Source: Bigelowiella natans CCMP2755 (Eukaryota; Protista; Cercozoa). From it: a DNA stretch of 60,713 nucleotides. The notes under the pieces are model-generated. The model was not told the origin of the DNA. It did not search any database and worked only from the letters and a program-made list of their open reading frames with translations. Below, piece after piece: positions 14,871 to 28,559 of this stretch. The stretch covers positions 1 through 60,713 of the forward strand of contig ADNK01002732.1 in the NCBI GenBank assembly GCA_000320545.1. Direction: 5' to 3'. The position numbers and the translations under genes were made by a program. How positions within the stretch are numbered: position 1 is the stretch's first letter; every line of letters starts with the position of its first letter.

Positions 14871-15505
14871 GTGAGTCAATTAGTTAGGATTAGTGGAAAT
14901 TTAGTGTTGATGGCAATAGTAAACTAACCACACGATCAAGGACATGATTACTAAGCTCCTCCTCCTGTCTTTCACTCTGTTCTTTTTCTTCTTCTTCTTC
15001 TTCTTCTTCTTCTTCTTCTTCCTGTTCTTCTGCTTGAAGAGTCCTAAGAAGTGCTCGAGTTTGGATAACAGATGACCATGTATCCAAAGCACTGCTTACT
15101 ACAGCACCAAACATAAAGACACTGCATCCTACAACTATAAAGAACAATGAAAACAACAAGAAGAAAGTAGGAGAAGAAGAATAAGAAAACACAACAACAA
15201 CAACAACAAAATATGAGGGATAGAATGTAAAAATGATAAACAGTGCAATTTGATGCAGTACGACAACAAAATATGAGGGATAATTTGTAAAAATAAACAG
15301 TACAAATTGATGCACTCATCTATATTACTACTATTGTTATAGAGGGCAATCATACCAGTCTACATAATAAAGACTGCGTCATAATCGTATCGAACATCTT
15401 CACAAATACAAGTACAACGATCAAGTTCTTGATCTGTTTCATCATCTTTAGTATTACTACAATCATAACGATCAAGGTTCATTTTTGTCATTGTTATTGA
15501 TCTTT

Positions 15506-15544
<39 letters not shown>

Positions 15545-16240
15545 TTTACGATACTATTATCACATAGTTCTTTTACTTAAAGAGGGAGGAGCTTACATAG
15601 AATGGAGCTTAATTTAGCAATAACACTCATTGCCTTATTATACACCAAATCCGAAAATCCAACAGTTGTCATCGTTATCTGCGAAGAAATAGTCGTACCG
15701 TGTAATAAAAACAACGATAACAATTCAGCAGCAGAAAATACATAGAAGAAATAATCTCAATACACAGCAGGCAGTGATAAAACAAATAGAAATACAGAAG
15801 CAGATATAATACACAGGGGGAAAGCAATGTTCATCAACTAAATGTAGTATCACACACACACACACACACACACGCACGCACGCACACACACATTGTTTCA
15901 CTAGTAGCAGTAGCAGCAGTAGTGAGTAAGTAATAAGTACCATCATAAAGTATACTGAATCAACTGGAGATAAATTGCCTATAAACTGCCAACATTAAAC
16001 GACGACAACAACCACAATAATAATATCATGAGTGGACGATGATCCAATAGACAACAACTACAATAATAATATCGTGAGTCAACAATGATCAAATGGGCCT
16101 AGCAGTAGCAGTAGTACTTGTATTAGTAGTAGCAGTTGTAGCAGTGTAGTAGCTGCTGTTGTTGTTATTGGTGGTTATATATTCGTGTAGTTGTCAAATG
16201 CAATCGCCCGAAACACCAATATTACGCAGGTAGGCACGCA

Positions 16241-16279
<39 letters not shown>

Positions 16280-16750
16280 TACTACTGCTTACCAAATAGT
16301 AGTAGTAGTAGTAGTAGTAGTAGAAGTAGTAGTAGAAGAGCAGTAGCACTGCAATAGCCATTATCATCATCATCATCATCATCATCATCATCTCACGAGC
16401 ACTAGTAGAAGTGTATCTTTCTATCATCATCATCATCATCATCATCATCTCACAAGCACTAGTAGAAGTATATCTGTTTAAAAAGAGTTCTCTTTCTTTC
16501 ACTGTTTCTACTACAATTCTCTGTCCTGTGTTTTTCCTTACCTTGCCCCATAAGATTGAGCATGCTAGTATAGCGACTACCATCCCCAGCGTACGACGAA
16601 TACCCAGATTTTGCTGCATTTCCTTAGGTATGATTAGGAAGGGTCGGGTTATCACATAAGAAGCATTTTTAATCAGTCAGTTAGTCAGTCAAAACGAGGA
16701 TAAATGTTTATTTGTTTCAGGGATGTGGTTGCAGTTATACATACATGTGA

Positions 16751-16790
<40 letters not shown>

Positions 16791-17300
16791 CGACATAATT
16801 ATTAGATATCATGTCAGGACACACACACACACACAACGACAACATAATTATTAGATATCATTTCGTCGTCAACTGATTAATGGGGAAGTGGAGAATGTGC
16901 AGTTGCATTACTCTCTAGTTCCTCCACTGCTATGATTTGTCTACCCACCATTTTTTGGGTGAGAAGTCGTCGAAGCTGAATCGTAGTGTTTTCCTACATC
17001 AATCATCATTTAATTATAGGAATGATGATGATACGACAGCATTCGTCGTTTAATGTTAGCATCGAAAATATTATATCTACTGTCAGCTATATTGACATAT
17101 TTCTCTTCTTCTTTCGTCATACTTCATGCAATATTATCGTTATTCTCTTCGGTGTACGAGTCATCTGTTTCATTTGTATTCGGTGCTACAAATACAACTA
17201 CAATTCTTTCATCATACTTCATGCAATATTATCGTTATTCTGCTGTACGAGTCATAGATGTCGCATTTGTATTCGGTGCTACAAATACAACTGCAACTAT

Positions 17301-17333
<33 letters not shown>

Positions 17334-17741
17334 CACTACTATCACCACCACCACTAGCACCTTCTTGTCCGTGCACAATTCATCTTATATATAGTAATCT
17401 AAGTAAGAATATCTACCTTTTCTTTGTATACATCTTGCAAAGTCTGAATGAGAATATCTTTCTGTGTACTTAATGCAATTTGGATGCTTTCGCTTACAAG
17501 CTTGGTAACTAGGAAGAATCCAAGCAGGATGAATCCAATGGTTGACAACTTCCCTGCTATCGTTATTGGTTCCATACTACCGTAGCCGACGCTCTATTGA
17601 GGTAATAGTAACAAAATTATCAACAGCAGCAGCAAAAGCAATTCTTTTTATTTGTCCTCTGCTTTCGCCATCACTCATCACATTGATTACAATTACCGTC
17701 AGGGTGACGATGAGAAAATAACAGGCATCCAGAGGATCCCT

Positions 17742-17774
<33 letters not shown>

Positions 17775-18469
17775 ATAATGTAGTAGTAGTAATAGCATAA
17801 AGATGATCATGTATCGGAACAATTTCAAGTAAAATAATGATGATTGTTATGACCATGATGATGATGGTGGTGATGGCGGTATGTGATGTACGTATAGAAA
17901 ACTAATTGCATAGCCATTAGTTACATTCTCACGTTCAATTCTGATTTTACCATGTACTGTTATAAAACTTACCATCCCTCAGCACGGACGAAGATCGGTA
18001 CGCCTAAAGACAGGTACATAGATACTGCAAGGATTGTTCTCAGGGTAGGAATTATTCTGAATGATGAATGATGACGATGATGGCCGGTATCATCACGATA
18101 TGGTGGAAGAAGACGCAGCAAATATTTCTTTGTTTTCCCAGAAGGTTGCTTTGCGGTCGATACAGCAGTCAGAACAGAAAGATGACGTTTTTTGGAGAGT
18201 GTTGATATAGATGTTCTCCAGTGAATAGCAGGCAGAGATGAGGTTGGGAGTCTACAAGTAGTTTTCCCTACTGGAACGGAGCGTGAATAAGAGGAAAAAG
18301 AAGCTCTGGTAGTCAAGACAGACGGGGGGAAAATTGAGGAGGATGGTGAAGATGACGATAGCAAGGGTCGGTAAAGGTGGGATGCTGGTTGTTGGCTGAT
18401 TTTGGTGAGAGAAGGGCTGCATGGCTCTCCTCCTCCTCCTCCTCCTCCTCCTCCCACTCCAAGCAGCAT
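13758..18469 (-). CDS. Two-pore (TPK/KCO-like) K+ channel with two C-terminal EF hands; multi-exon, start uncertain
   Basis: TM1 RTILAVSMYLSLGVPIFVRAEGW; pore 1 DACYFLIVTLT|SVGYGS (17576-17593); pore 2 DSVYFMM|ITMTTVGFSD (15649-15669); EF1 DVDGDNRIDMAEYVFMRLK; EF2 EEFNKADLNKDGVLGSDDC*. Confidence 0.88.
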
Positions 18470-18869
18470 GTTCTTCTTTCGGCAAGAGCCTTTCCTGAGC
18501 CGAAGGATGTTCCTCTGGAGACTTCCGGGAGATTAAAATGAGCAAGATCCTTTTTTATACATACGACAATGTTTGTAAGAACACTTATATTCTAAATGAC
18601 ATTCATTCCTTTGGCAATGAAATGTGGATGACCTGCAGCAGGTTGGCACGCACTTTACATAAAATTAAGATATTATTCTGTTTTCACTGATGCAATCCAC
18701 GCAATTCTAAATTCATGGAACAAAACATCCATGTGCATTCACGAACTTGTGTCACAGTAAAAAGTAATGATAAGCTTTTATTTTTAGGGTGCGACTTGAT
18801 CGGTTGCATAGAACCGAGTGAATTCGCTATTAAACCCGGACTAATGACTTGTGTCTTAAACACCAAGAA

Positions 18870-20098
18870 ATGCGCTCCGATCGCATGAGCCGCTCACCCT
18901 CTTCTCGCAACAAAGAGGGGAACCGTCGAACAGAAGGAAGGAGGGGGCGCAGCGGAGGGCAGAGAAGTCCTAGAAGAAAAAGAGACTCGAGATCTCGGTC
19001 ACGTGGTGGAGAGAGAAGGAGGGATAAAGGAAGAGGTGAGAGGAAACAATACTCTCGAAGAGACAGGGATTCAAGAAGCAGAGGAAGGCGGAGAAGTCCA
19101 AGCTCTTCCTCGTCGTCACGGTCTGATGAAAGTGACAGTTTAATTAGTAGCAGTAGCGATAGCGATCCAGATACAGTGAGAAGATGGCTGCGGAAGAGAA
19201 GGAGCAGAGGTCACTCAAGGGTTGTTAAGCTGGAGGGTGAATCGATGGAAGAGCTCATTCTCAATGCGAGTGATATGCGCATTGAAGGGAGATACGGCAA
19301 CTGGCATGACTATCTTCAATACCTTCATGTGTACGTAAACGATTATTCTACCGCCGTTGGACTACATAGTCTGAAGTACATAATACTTTTGTGCAGGCAT
19401 GGTCAGGGAGCACGACCGCCACCTGGAAACGACCCTCATAAAATGACTTACAAGATTAAGTTCAACTTTTTAATGAGCTTGTCACGCAAACAGAGACGAG
19501 GAAATGTGAATAGGGTGCTGAAAAATGAATTGGAGAAACGGAAAAAACAAAGGTGCTAAAATTAAATCAACATTATACGTCTATTTAGCAATTTGTTACT
19601 CATCCAGGCGTTTGTCTCGGGCCGCTGCAAAAAAAACACCATTGCATCCAATGGATCCAATGTATCGACAACAGATGCAGGTGATGACAAAGCATTTTCG
19701 AAATTTGACATCAAGTTAAATTCTAAAATAGCTAATAATTACAGATAATGGCTACTTATGGAAGTACCAAAAGTGCTTCTACTGCTACAACTATTGGGCA
19801 AGCTCCCCCGTCCACATCAAATCCTAATCTTAACAATGCCGAAGTTGTTACTTCCACAGTTGCAGCAGCAAAATCGGCACCGTCTATATCGCAAACTTCT
19901 TCTGTGGTGAATCCAGTGCCCGCCTCGATTATTGTAATGCCCAACGCAAACGAATCTAAGAAGAGCAAAGAGGGGGCGGAGAATGCCTCTGAAGAAGTCT
20001 TTCAAAGTAAGAATGAGGAAACAAACTCAATCCCTCCTAGCACTGAGAAGTCGGTGACAACCAAGCAGGCAGCACCGCCTCCCTACTTACAGGATTGA
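18870..20098 (+). CDS. RS-rich protein with a central domain resembling the plant SDN1 N-terminal domain; 4 exons
   Basis: RS/RD-rich N-terminus. Introns at ~19331-19396, ~19553-19607 and ~19681-19746. Core ELILNASDMRIEGRYGNWHDYLQ...DPHKMTYKIKFNFLMSL. Domain similarity is from recall, not from a search. Confidence 0.7.
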
Positions 20099-21471
20099 GG
20101 TTTGAGTTGATATGTGAAAATTATTATTGGCGTTTCATTTCTTAAGAAAAAAGGGCAGGGCAAACTATTTAAAAAAAATGTGTTTGAGAAAGGAGCGAGC
20201 TCAAAATTGTGACTTAACGCAATTTATGACGAGATCATAGCAATATAGAATCTGGTGCGCACCGTAAATTATCTACCCTACGCTTGCATATGTGGCAATT
20301 TTTTTCGATTTAGACGTTCCAAAAAAGCAGAATTCTTCACAGTCAAATTGTGACTGGATGTATTTTCCCCTTGTTTCCACGTGTCTATAGTCTGAGCTGG
20401 TCACCATGCTATGCACGCACAGCATGCTTGGATGGCGTCTCTGTAGCTCTGATTGATGCATTGATTGATGCAATTAATAATGGCGTGACGGTCACTCGTC
20501 CATGTAGTCATGCTATTCATGCATTCATACACGTGTGTACTCTATCTAAACAATGCTAGGGTACTGCTTCGCTTAATCGCCGCGCAGCTATTTCATGTCT
20601 ACGTGGCTGTAATGTTATTATGCGTGTCGTCGTGTATGTGCTATATATGGCGGGCAACCACGCAGTCGCGAGTCGAGCAAGTGTGACTTATTGTCAGCGC
20701 AGCATGGACCACAGTGCAGCACACGTACGATGGATTGCAACATGCAACGTTGATGAGGTACGTCATGAACGACGTACACTACTGCGACTGTCGCGGCAGC
20801 GCCACACGATCGCGATTATGTGCGACATGGACGACGGTGTTTGCGCGCTATGTGCTAGCTAGCTAGCTAGCTAGGCTACCATAAATAATAGACATAGTAA
20901 TAGCATATATAATATATATATATGATATTACGTGTCTATAATATAAATGTAGACAGCCTCTTAGCTCTCAAGTATCGACACGCAGATGTGTGCTGATCGA
21001 TGATGCTCATGCAAAATTCTCTATTATTACATGTATACACTAGCATGTTGCATTGCGTGCACCGCACAGTCTAGCAAGTGCCTGCGTGCGCATCGGCCAC
21101 AACTAGATGATGTGGGTTGTGGGTTGCAGGCTGCACTAGTGCACAAAATAGCAGATCGAGACAAATAGACAGAACTTAAGCGCTGTAGCCGCTGCTATGC
21201 ATAGCTACATTAGGATGATGCCCCATTAAAAAGATTTATTCACTTCATTACATCCGTCTCACATGTGGCCGCACATGCAAATAATGCATGCGAGGTAAAC
21301 AAACGACATTTCTAGTTGCATTGTTATTATTGTGATGCATAACTCACACAGGCCATTTTATAGCACTGCTGGCCTTACTGGTACGTGCAAGATCACTTAC
21401 TTTCAGCGATAGCAAAGAGAAGAAAGTAGCTAGCTTTACAAACTTGAGAGCTCAAATCTAAAAAACTCCTA

Positions 21472-23577
21472 TCATCTCTTGTCATATTTCTTTGGCCGTT
21501 TCCTCTTGCTGCGATCCCTTGACCCTCTCTCATTCTTCTTCTTCTTCTTCTTCTTCTTGGCATCCTTCTTTGCATTCTTTGCTAGTTTCTTTGCCTTTTT
21601 CGCCTCTTTCTTCGCCTTTTTTTTCTTTCTTTCCTCCACTTTTAGGCGCTAAGAATAGTGTTAAATTATCAGATGAAGCTGATTTATTTTATTATAATGG
21701 AAACCTTAAAGAATCCAATGTGATGTGGGTCACGATGATTGTCAATAATGAATAGTTTATATTTTCTACAATAATACTCTAAGTAGCATCTTGGCATCCT
21801 CTGGATTTAAGGAATCGAAGAATTCCTGCTCAAGATCCTTTAATATAGACACAGAGGAGAAAGGCAAAGTGTTTGATGACCGAGTGCAATCACAACAAAA
21901 TATTGAATAATCCTTTCGTATCGTTACTGTACGCAAAGGATATGTTTGCTGATAGTACATAAAATTTGTAGTCAGTATTACCTCAGATGGATCAGAAGTG
22001 CTGGAATCACTGTCTTCATCTTCTTCTGGGACTTCAATTAATTGTTGATTCTCATCGTCCTTGAGTACATCACATATATTTCAAAGAACATAACGTGATC
22101 CCTTCTTTGCTGTTTATCTTGTTTCTTCACATTTAAATTTACGCAGTACACAATGCACATTGTTTCTTCACACTTAAATTTACACAACACACACACACAC
22201 ACACACACATGTAGAGACACTCTCATATCTACCACCTTATTGAATCCTCCCCTCGGTGGACTTATTCTCCCTCGTTTTCGGCGTAGAATGAATTTCTCGC
22301 CTCCTAGAACCTACGAAAAGATTACCGATAATTAATGATCATCATCAAAGAGAAAATGTGAATTAAAATTTGAGAGTTACAACTACGATACCTTTTCTGA
22401 ATTGTAGGCGACGAGAGGATCAAGTTTTTTGGTTTTAGAGTCTTCGGTTTCCTTTTCTTGTGACATCTCCGTCAGGATGGCGGCCTAATGAACTGTGCAC
22501 AGTAAGACTGGACGCCTGATATCTCCGAAAAATCAGCTAATACCACCTCCTAAGGTTTTGCCTTGAGGATTCAGTGAGGAGGATGGGATTGCTACAGTGA
22601 GAAGCAGCAGCCACAGTGACAAATGAATGATGATTTGTTATGTGTGTAGCTCGTTTGTTTTTATCTCATAAAGGAGATAGAGAGGAGAGGAGGCAGTGAC
22701 AAATGAATGATGATTTGTTATGTGTGTGTAGCTCGTTTGTTTTTTTATCTCATGTAGGAGATAGAGAGAAAGATATAGGAAGAAATGGCATGCATTTTAT
22801 ATCTAAATATCGGTAAATCCATTGTCGCAAAGTGATATTAGTAGTAGTGGTATACATAGTAGTTGTGGCAGTACGTTCTCATTCACACATAATCCACGTA
22901 GAAGACACGCATCCCCTCCCTCTTTCAGAAACAACAAACACTTGTTGGAGAATATCAGGAACAAATCCAATGGTCATGAAATCGGCCACACGTTTGTCAT
23001 CACAGACAGCATTTCTATGTTCTTCATCCCTCGTCACATTATTTTTCCTGATTGGCAAGCCGGTCTCTGCTGCTACAGCCGCTGCAGCTTCATCTTATCC
23101 GTCACCATTGCTCACAAGGACGAGTGGCAAACAAAAAACCCGTCAGAATCAATTTCATCAAACTATGATGCTAAAGAAAATGACAAGTGTGGCGCTTCTG
23201 TGTCCATCTGAAAGAAGGCGCGGTGATGATCTCCTTGAATCTAAAGGGTGGTGTTGTGTGGAGGAGGGTTGGGCGCTTGACTTGTGTTCATATATGATAG
23301 TGGGCCTGTTGGCTGGTCATGAATAACACTTTATTATCTTAATATAGATGAATGTTTTCATGTGACTGTGAGATATGAGCATATGTACAGAAGGAGTTAG
23401 TCTTTATTATTTGTTGTTGTCGTAAGATTACATGTGCTGCTGCTGCTGCTGCTGCTGCTGCTGTACATAGGAGGAGTTAGTCTTTATTGTCGTGAGCTTC
23501 GAACGGATGTCAAAGAGGATATCGAGAAACTCAAGTACTAATATGCCCACCAAATCATCCTTAGATGATGACATCAT
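21472..23577 (-). CDS. Hypothetical protein with acidic centre and Lys-rich C-terminus (possibly nucleolar); exon structure partly resolved
   Basis: Spliceable exons ILTEMSQEKETEDSKTKKLDPLVAYNSEK, DDENQQLIEVPEEDEDSDSSTSDPSE, DLEQEFFDSLNPEDAKMLL, and last exon PKSGGKKEKKAKKEAKK...KKYDKR* (stop 21472-21474). 5' exons uncertain. Confidence 0.55.
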
Positions 23578-23778
23578 ATTCGAACGATGACGACGGTTTA
23601 CAAAAACAACTTTAGCACATCTTGCTCTACCCCCAATCAGCACAGCAATATAATAAGCAACAATACCACCTGTTTCTAATAAGCCCGTTCGAGTGTTTTG
23701 TCGTCAAATTGCTGTCACGAATGCCTACCTGCTGTGTGGTATGCTAACTGAATACAGGAGTTCTATGGGAGTTCTAGA

Positions 23779-23814
<36 letters not shown>

Positions 23815-24284
23815 CAACAGTGACAAAGAAGGTAAGTTAGAACCATGTCAACAAGAGAGGAGGACTTGCCAATGATTGATTATGTGTGTGAATTTGACAC
23901 AACAATTCACGTTATTATCGTAAACATTATGAAACCCAATAATGATCCACCCCATCCTCCTCCTCCTCCTCCCCCCTCCTCTTCCTCTTCGTCTACTCAG
24001 TATGATATAGTACCGTAATCATCATCGTCCATCTTTATAACTACAAATGATAAAATGACACTATAACTACATCATAATCTTTAATAGAAAATGGCGCTGT
24101 TGTTGCTGCTGCTGCTACTGCCGCTACAATTCGGTTTGTTTACCAGTAAAAAAAAGTTAAAAGAACAGAGAGATGAGAATGAATCAAACTGTTATTGGTT
24201 TCACAACTAAATAATGCTTACAAATAGCAATCTTTCTTTTTCTTCTTCATTTCTTATCCCTACTACACATTATTCGTCGCTCAG

Positions 24285-25199
24285 AGATCCTCTTCCACCA
24301 AGCACAAGAGTAGACATTCTACGCGCTTGCGTCCTGGTCTCTGCCCTCATAGCCGGAGCAGGTGATGATGGCGTATCCTCTTAGTATGTTAGGGTAGGGG
24401 GGGGGAAGAAAGAAGGAGGGTTAATTGATATAATATAATATATATATATATATATATATATTGCAATAATGTATATATTTCAGACGTATATTTGTGTGTG
24501 CATGCGTACGTATGTGTGTGTAATAAATTCGAACAAAAAATGGACAAAAAGTGAGAGGAGAGAAGGCAACCACCAGTATGTGTGTGTAATAAATTCCAAC
24601 CGAAAGTAAAGGGAGAGAACCACCAGTATGTGTGTGTAATAAATTCCAACCGAAAGTAAAGGGAGAGAGTGCAACCACTAGCATGCACATAAAGCAGCAT
24701 TGTTATCATCGATCGGCTACTACATCATGTGAATCTAAGATAAGTATTATAAAGGAGGATACTACTACATTATGTGAATAATCCATAAGATAAATATCTG
24801 GCTAGTTATTCGGTCACAATACTACTACTAATACTACTACTACTTTCATCTCTCTTTTATCTATCATATTAATGAATAGTCGTATTTTCTGTTATTATTA
24901 TTATTATCATTTTTATAGGTGTAGCCCTACGCAAATACGCTGCCAGTAAGTTATCGGTACAACAACAACTACTACTACTACTACTACTACTATATTCGTC
25001 ATGATCGACTATTACTCCTCCTCCCTCCTCTTCACACTATACTGTTGTATCATGATTTGTATCATGATTCTCATTGTATTGTTGATCATATTAATGCCAT
25101 TATTATTATTACGAGCAGATATCAGGAGCAGATTCATCCATAATTGAGGCATTCACGGGATATAGCAATTTACATATCACCCCACAGGTGCTGCTACTG

Positions 25200-25238
<39 letters not shown>

Positions 25239-25687
25239 ATAATAATAATAACGATTAATAATAAGAGTGCGACTACTACTACTACTACTACTACTAGGTA
25301 GGGTTGACGAAGAACTATAGATTTCAGAGGAATTGTTAGTTGGGAAGTGATTATGAAATAGTAATAATAATTATAATGAGTGCGCCAAAGAGTTTCGGAT
25401 TATGAATGCAGCAGCACTATAGTAATGACTTTTCCTCTCCCTCTCTCTTTCTCTCTCCCCCCCCCCCTCTCCCGCTTCTTACTATTTCATTTTATCATTT
25501 TGATCTCCTTTCCTCTCCTTCTCCTTCTCCTTTTTCCTCCTCCTTTTCCTCCTCCTCCTCCTCCTCCTCCTCCTCCTCCTCCTTCCTTTTCAATAAATTA
25601 GGAAATTGGATTCATGCTAGGGGTTGCTTTGGGAGTAACACTGATCAGAAAAGTAGTAGTAAAATAGTAGAATGATGCAGGAATTGT

Positions 25688-25727
<40 letters not shown>

Positions 25728-25974
25728 TATACATACATATGTGTGTGTGTGTTGTAATGTTTGTAGTACGTTTACTACTTCTGTATTTCTTCGGTGAAGT
25801 AGCTCGATATTTTTAAAGACAAACAAATGCTGATTAATGACCACGTTTGAAAGAGTAGTACAAAAACGATTTTGTTGTTGATGATGATAATGATGCTGAT
25901 GTTTACCTTTTCCTCCTCCTTCTTCCTCCTCTTCCTTCCTCAAACAAGTTCCTATTCTTATCTATTACTAAAAC

Positions 25975-26005
<31 letters not shown>

Positions 26006-26255
26006 TATTGTAATATATCTTTGTATGTAGGTAGCACTGAGTGTATGGAATGACTATCAATGGGCGACAGATCGATCTAACGAGCAGGTACTACTACTAC
26101 TACTAATAATAACCTAGATGATGATAATAATGAAGGTGATGATGATGATGATACTTAATAGCTCAATACTCAAATATATCATAACCATTATCATTGTCAT
26201 TATCATTTTATTCAATCACACACTACTCCAGTATTAAAATCGAGTAGTCATCACG

Positions 26256-26288
<33 letters not shown>

Positions 26289-27083
26289 TGCTGTTAATAG
26301 GTGTTAAGACCGTTGAACAGTAGTATAACGGATATCCTCCTGGTTGCTTTACTTCCTGGTATTTCAGAGGAGTTATTTTTCAGGGTCAGCAGTAGTGTTA
26401 GTCGTGCTTTATGATCGCTTAGTCGTGCTTTATGATCGCTTAACCAATCATGATAAATCATGAATCACAATACGTTATTATATCATTAACCATATCTTTA
26501 TGTGTTATTATATGTTCTGCGACAACAATAATGATGATGATGATGATGATGATGATATTCATCTCATATAGTATTATCATAATTTCTTTTCGTTTTTATT
26601 ATACCCACGATTAAGTATCGTCGTGAACTATTTTATACAATGTTGTTCTTGTTGTTATTATACCCACGATTAAGTATCGTCGTGAACTATTTTATACAAT
26701 GTTGTTCTTGTTCTTAAGCTGCTTATTATAACTTGCAACCAACCTCTTACTATGTTATCTCTGATTCGTTCACTCATTGATTAGGGTGCTTTACTTCCCG
26801 CTGTGTTCCCTGATTGGAGGGGGGTCATCATCGCAGCTCTCACATTTGGTGTACTGCACAACTCTGGTTGGTTGTGTTGTGTTGCTTGTTTGCTTCACCA
26901 CTCACTTAATACTTGTAGTAAAATGGAGGAGGATAAGGAGGAGGAAGAGGAGGAAGAAATTCAAATATAACCTATGTGATTAGATAACAATCAGCTTAGT
27001 TGTATCCATCATCCACCTCTATCTCCACCGTCATGAAATAAATTATGATCATGCAAGGAAACCGAGAGAGGGGGGAGGAGATA

Positions 27084-27119
<36 letters not shown>

Positions 27120-27249
27120 CATATAAGTAGCTTTTATTCTTTGAATGCGAGAACTCCCTTACAATTCATAGTATACGTAAACATGCATGTGTAATTATCA
27201 TACTACTCACGTCCGTAGTAGTTCATAAACACACCATCCATAATAACGC

Positions 27250-27281
<32 letters not shown>

Positions 27282-27431
27282 CATATTTCTTGTTGATTGG
27301 GTTCGTAGCTATCACCCTACTATATAACCCTATTACTACTATTACTACTACTATTACTACTACTACTACTACTACTACTACTGGCTACATATCATCACCA
27401 TTTGTAATAATGATGTGCATATATATTATTT

Positions 27432-27465
<34 letters not shown>

Positions 27466-28246
27466 GTAGGTGGTCGTAATCTTGCATCGGCTGCTTTTGC
27501 TACTTTGGCTGGTGGTGCGTATGGGGCTTCTTTCATTGCAACTCAGAATTTGCTTGTACCAATGGGGTATTATTAGTATTAGTATTTTCATTATTAGCAT
27601 TTCTTGGGGTACATAAGTGCGTCACTGTAGACACAATTTGTGATTCTTATCTTTTCTTATCTGGTTGCTTGTTGATTGATATTCATATCATCAAAAGTGC
27701 ACATTCTCTTTCCAATCTAATGTCTGCGATCTTGTGGCTAAATGAGCATCCTATTGCTACGAAGTATTCGAATCCAGGTTAGTTCTAGTACAAATATATT
27801 ATTAGTTGTATATATATATTAATGCAATACTTTGAAATTCTCTTCTTATCATCCTATCTTTAATTGACTTGTCTTATTGATTCCTCTGCTGTTTGTAGAT
27901 CGGAACGGTGATAAATCTGGAGATGCAATAGATGATTTAGAACAGAAAGATTCTACTTCCAAGAAGGTGGATAATACAAATGATGATGATGATGATGATG
28001 ATGATGATGGTGATAGTGATGATGATGAAGATAACGATGGTGATCATGATGTCCTTTTGGATTCATGATTGTGTCGAGTAGAATTTTGATCCGGAGTCTA
28101 ATGTAGTGAGTTACAGATCAGTTTTCAGAATGCTGATACATTTTCAGGATAAGCGGGATGAAGATGATTTAAGAAGAGCTGCCAAGAAGTCACGAAAACC
28201 TGTCTCAGCGTCATCATCAGGATTTGGACGCAGCAGTAGTAAATAA
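24285..28246 (+). CDS. CPBP/Abi (CAAX protease-like) intramembrane metalloprotease, plant plastid type; N-terminal leader exons unresolved upstream
   Basis: LVALLPGISEELFFR (EExxxR), GALLPAVFPDWRGVIIAALTFGVLHNSG (FxxxH), GRNLASAAFATLAGGAYG and AHSLSNL (HxxxN). Likely final exon DKRDEDDLRRAAKKSRKPVSASSSGFGRSSSK* (28149-28246). Confidence 0.88.
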
Positions 28247-28559
28247 ATGCTTGGAAGTGGAACAAGACATTCTTGTATGGTATTTAAGTATACGTGTGAT
28301 ACAAAGAAAAAAGAGTGATGATGCACTTAAATTACGCTTATATCCGTATCGTTCGCTCAACAGGCTCGGTGATTAGACCTCTAGACTTTTGCTAAAGATT
28401 GCCGCTCATCAAGTGTTCCCATGTGCGTGTAGTTTAAAATGGAACGCATGTGCCATTTCGCTCTTGCAAATGCTATCACCAGATCATTAGATGCGGTTCA
28501 AAGCATGTACTTGTTCTTTCAGCGTCCCAACCAAATGAAAAATGTGTCTTAGCCCATTT

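Noticed and set aside
618-18469. Three adjacent transporter genes (CLC, MATE, TPK) as a functional cluster
   Set aside because: Different predicted compartments and no shared regulatory evidence; likely coincidence.
67-28326. Dozens of ORF-track entries rich in poly-L/Y/T/I/CV/HT
   Set aside because: Translations of microsatellites or opposite-strand shadows; not spliceable into coherent proteins.
28144-28326. Minus-strand ORF ...PNPDDDAETGFRDFLAALLK...
   Set aside because: Shadow of the plus-strand terminal CPBP exon (28149-28246).
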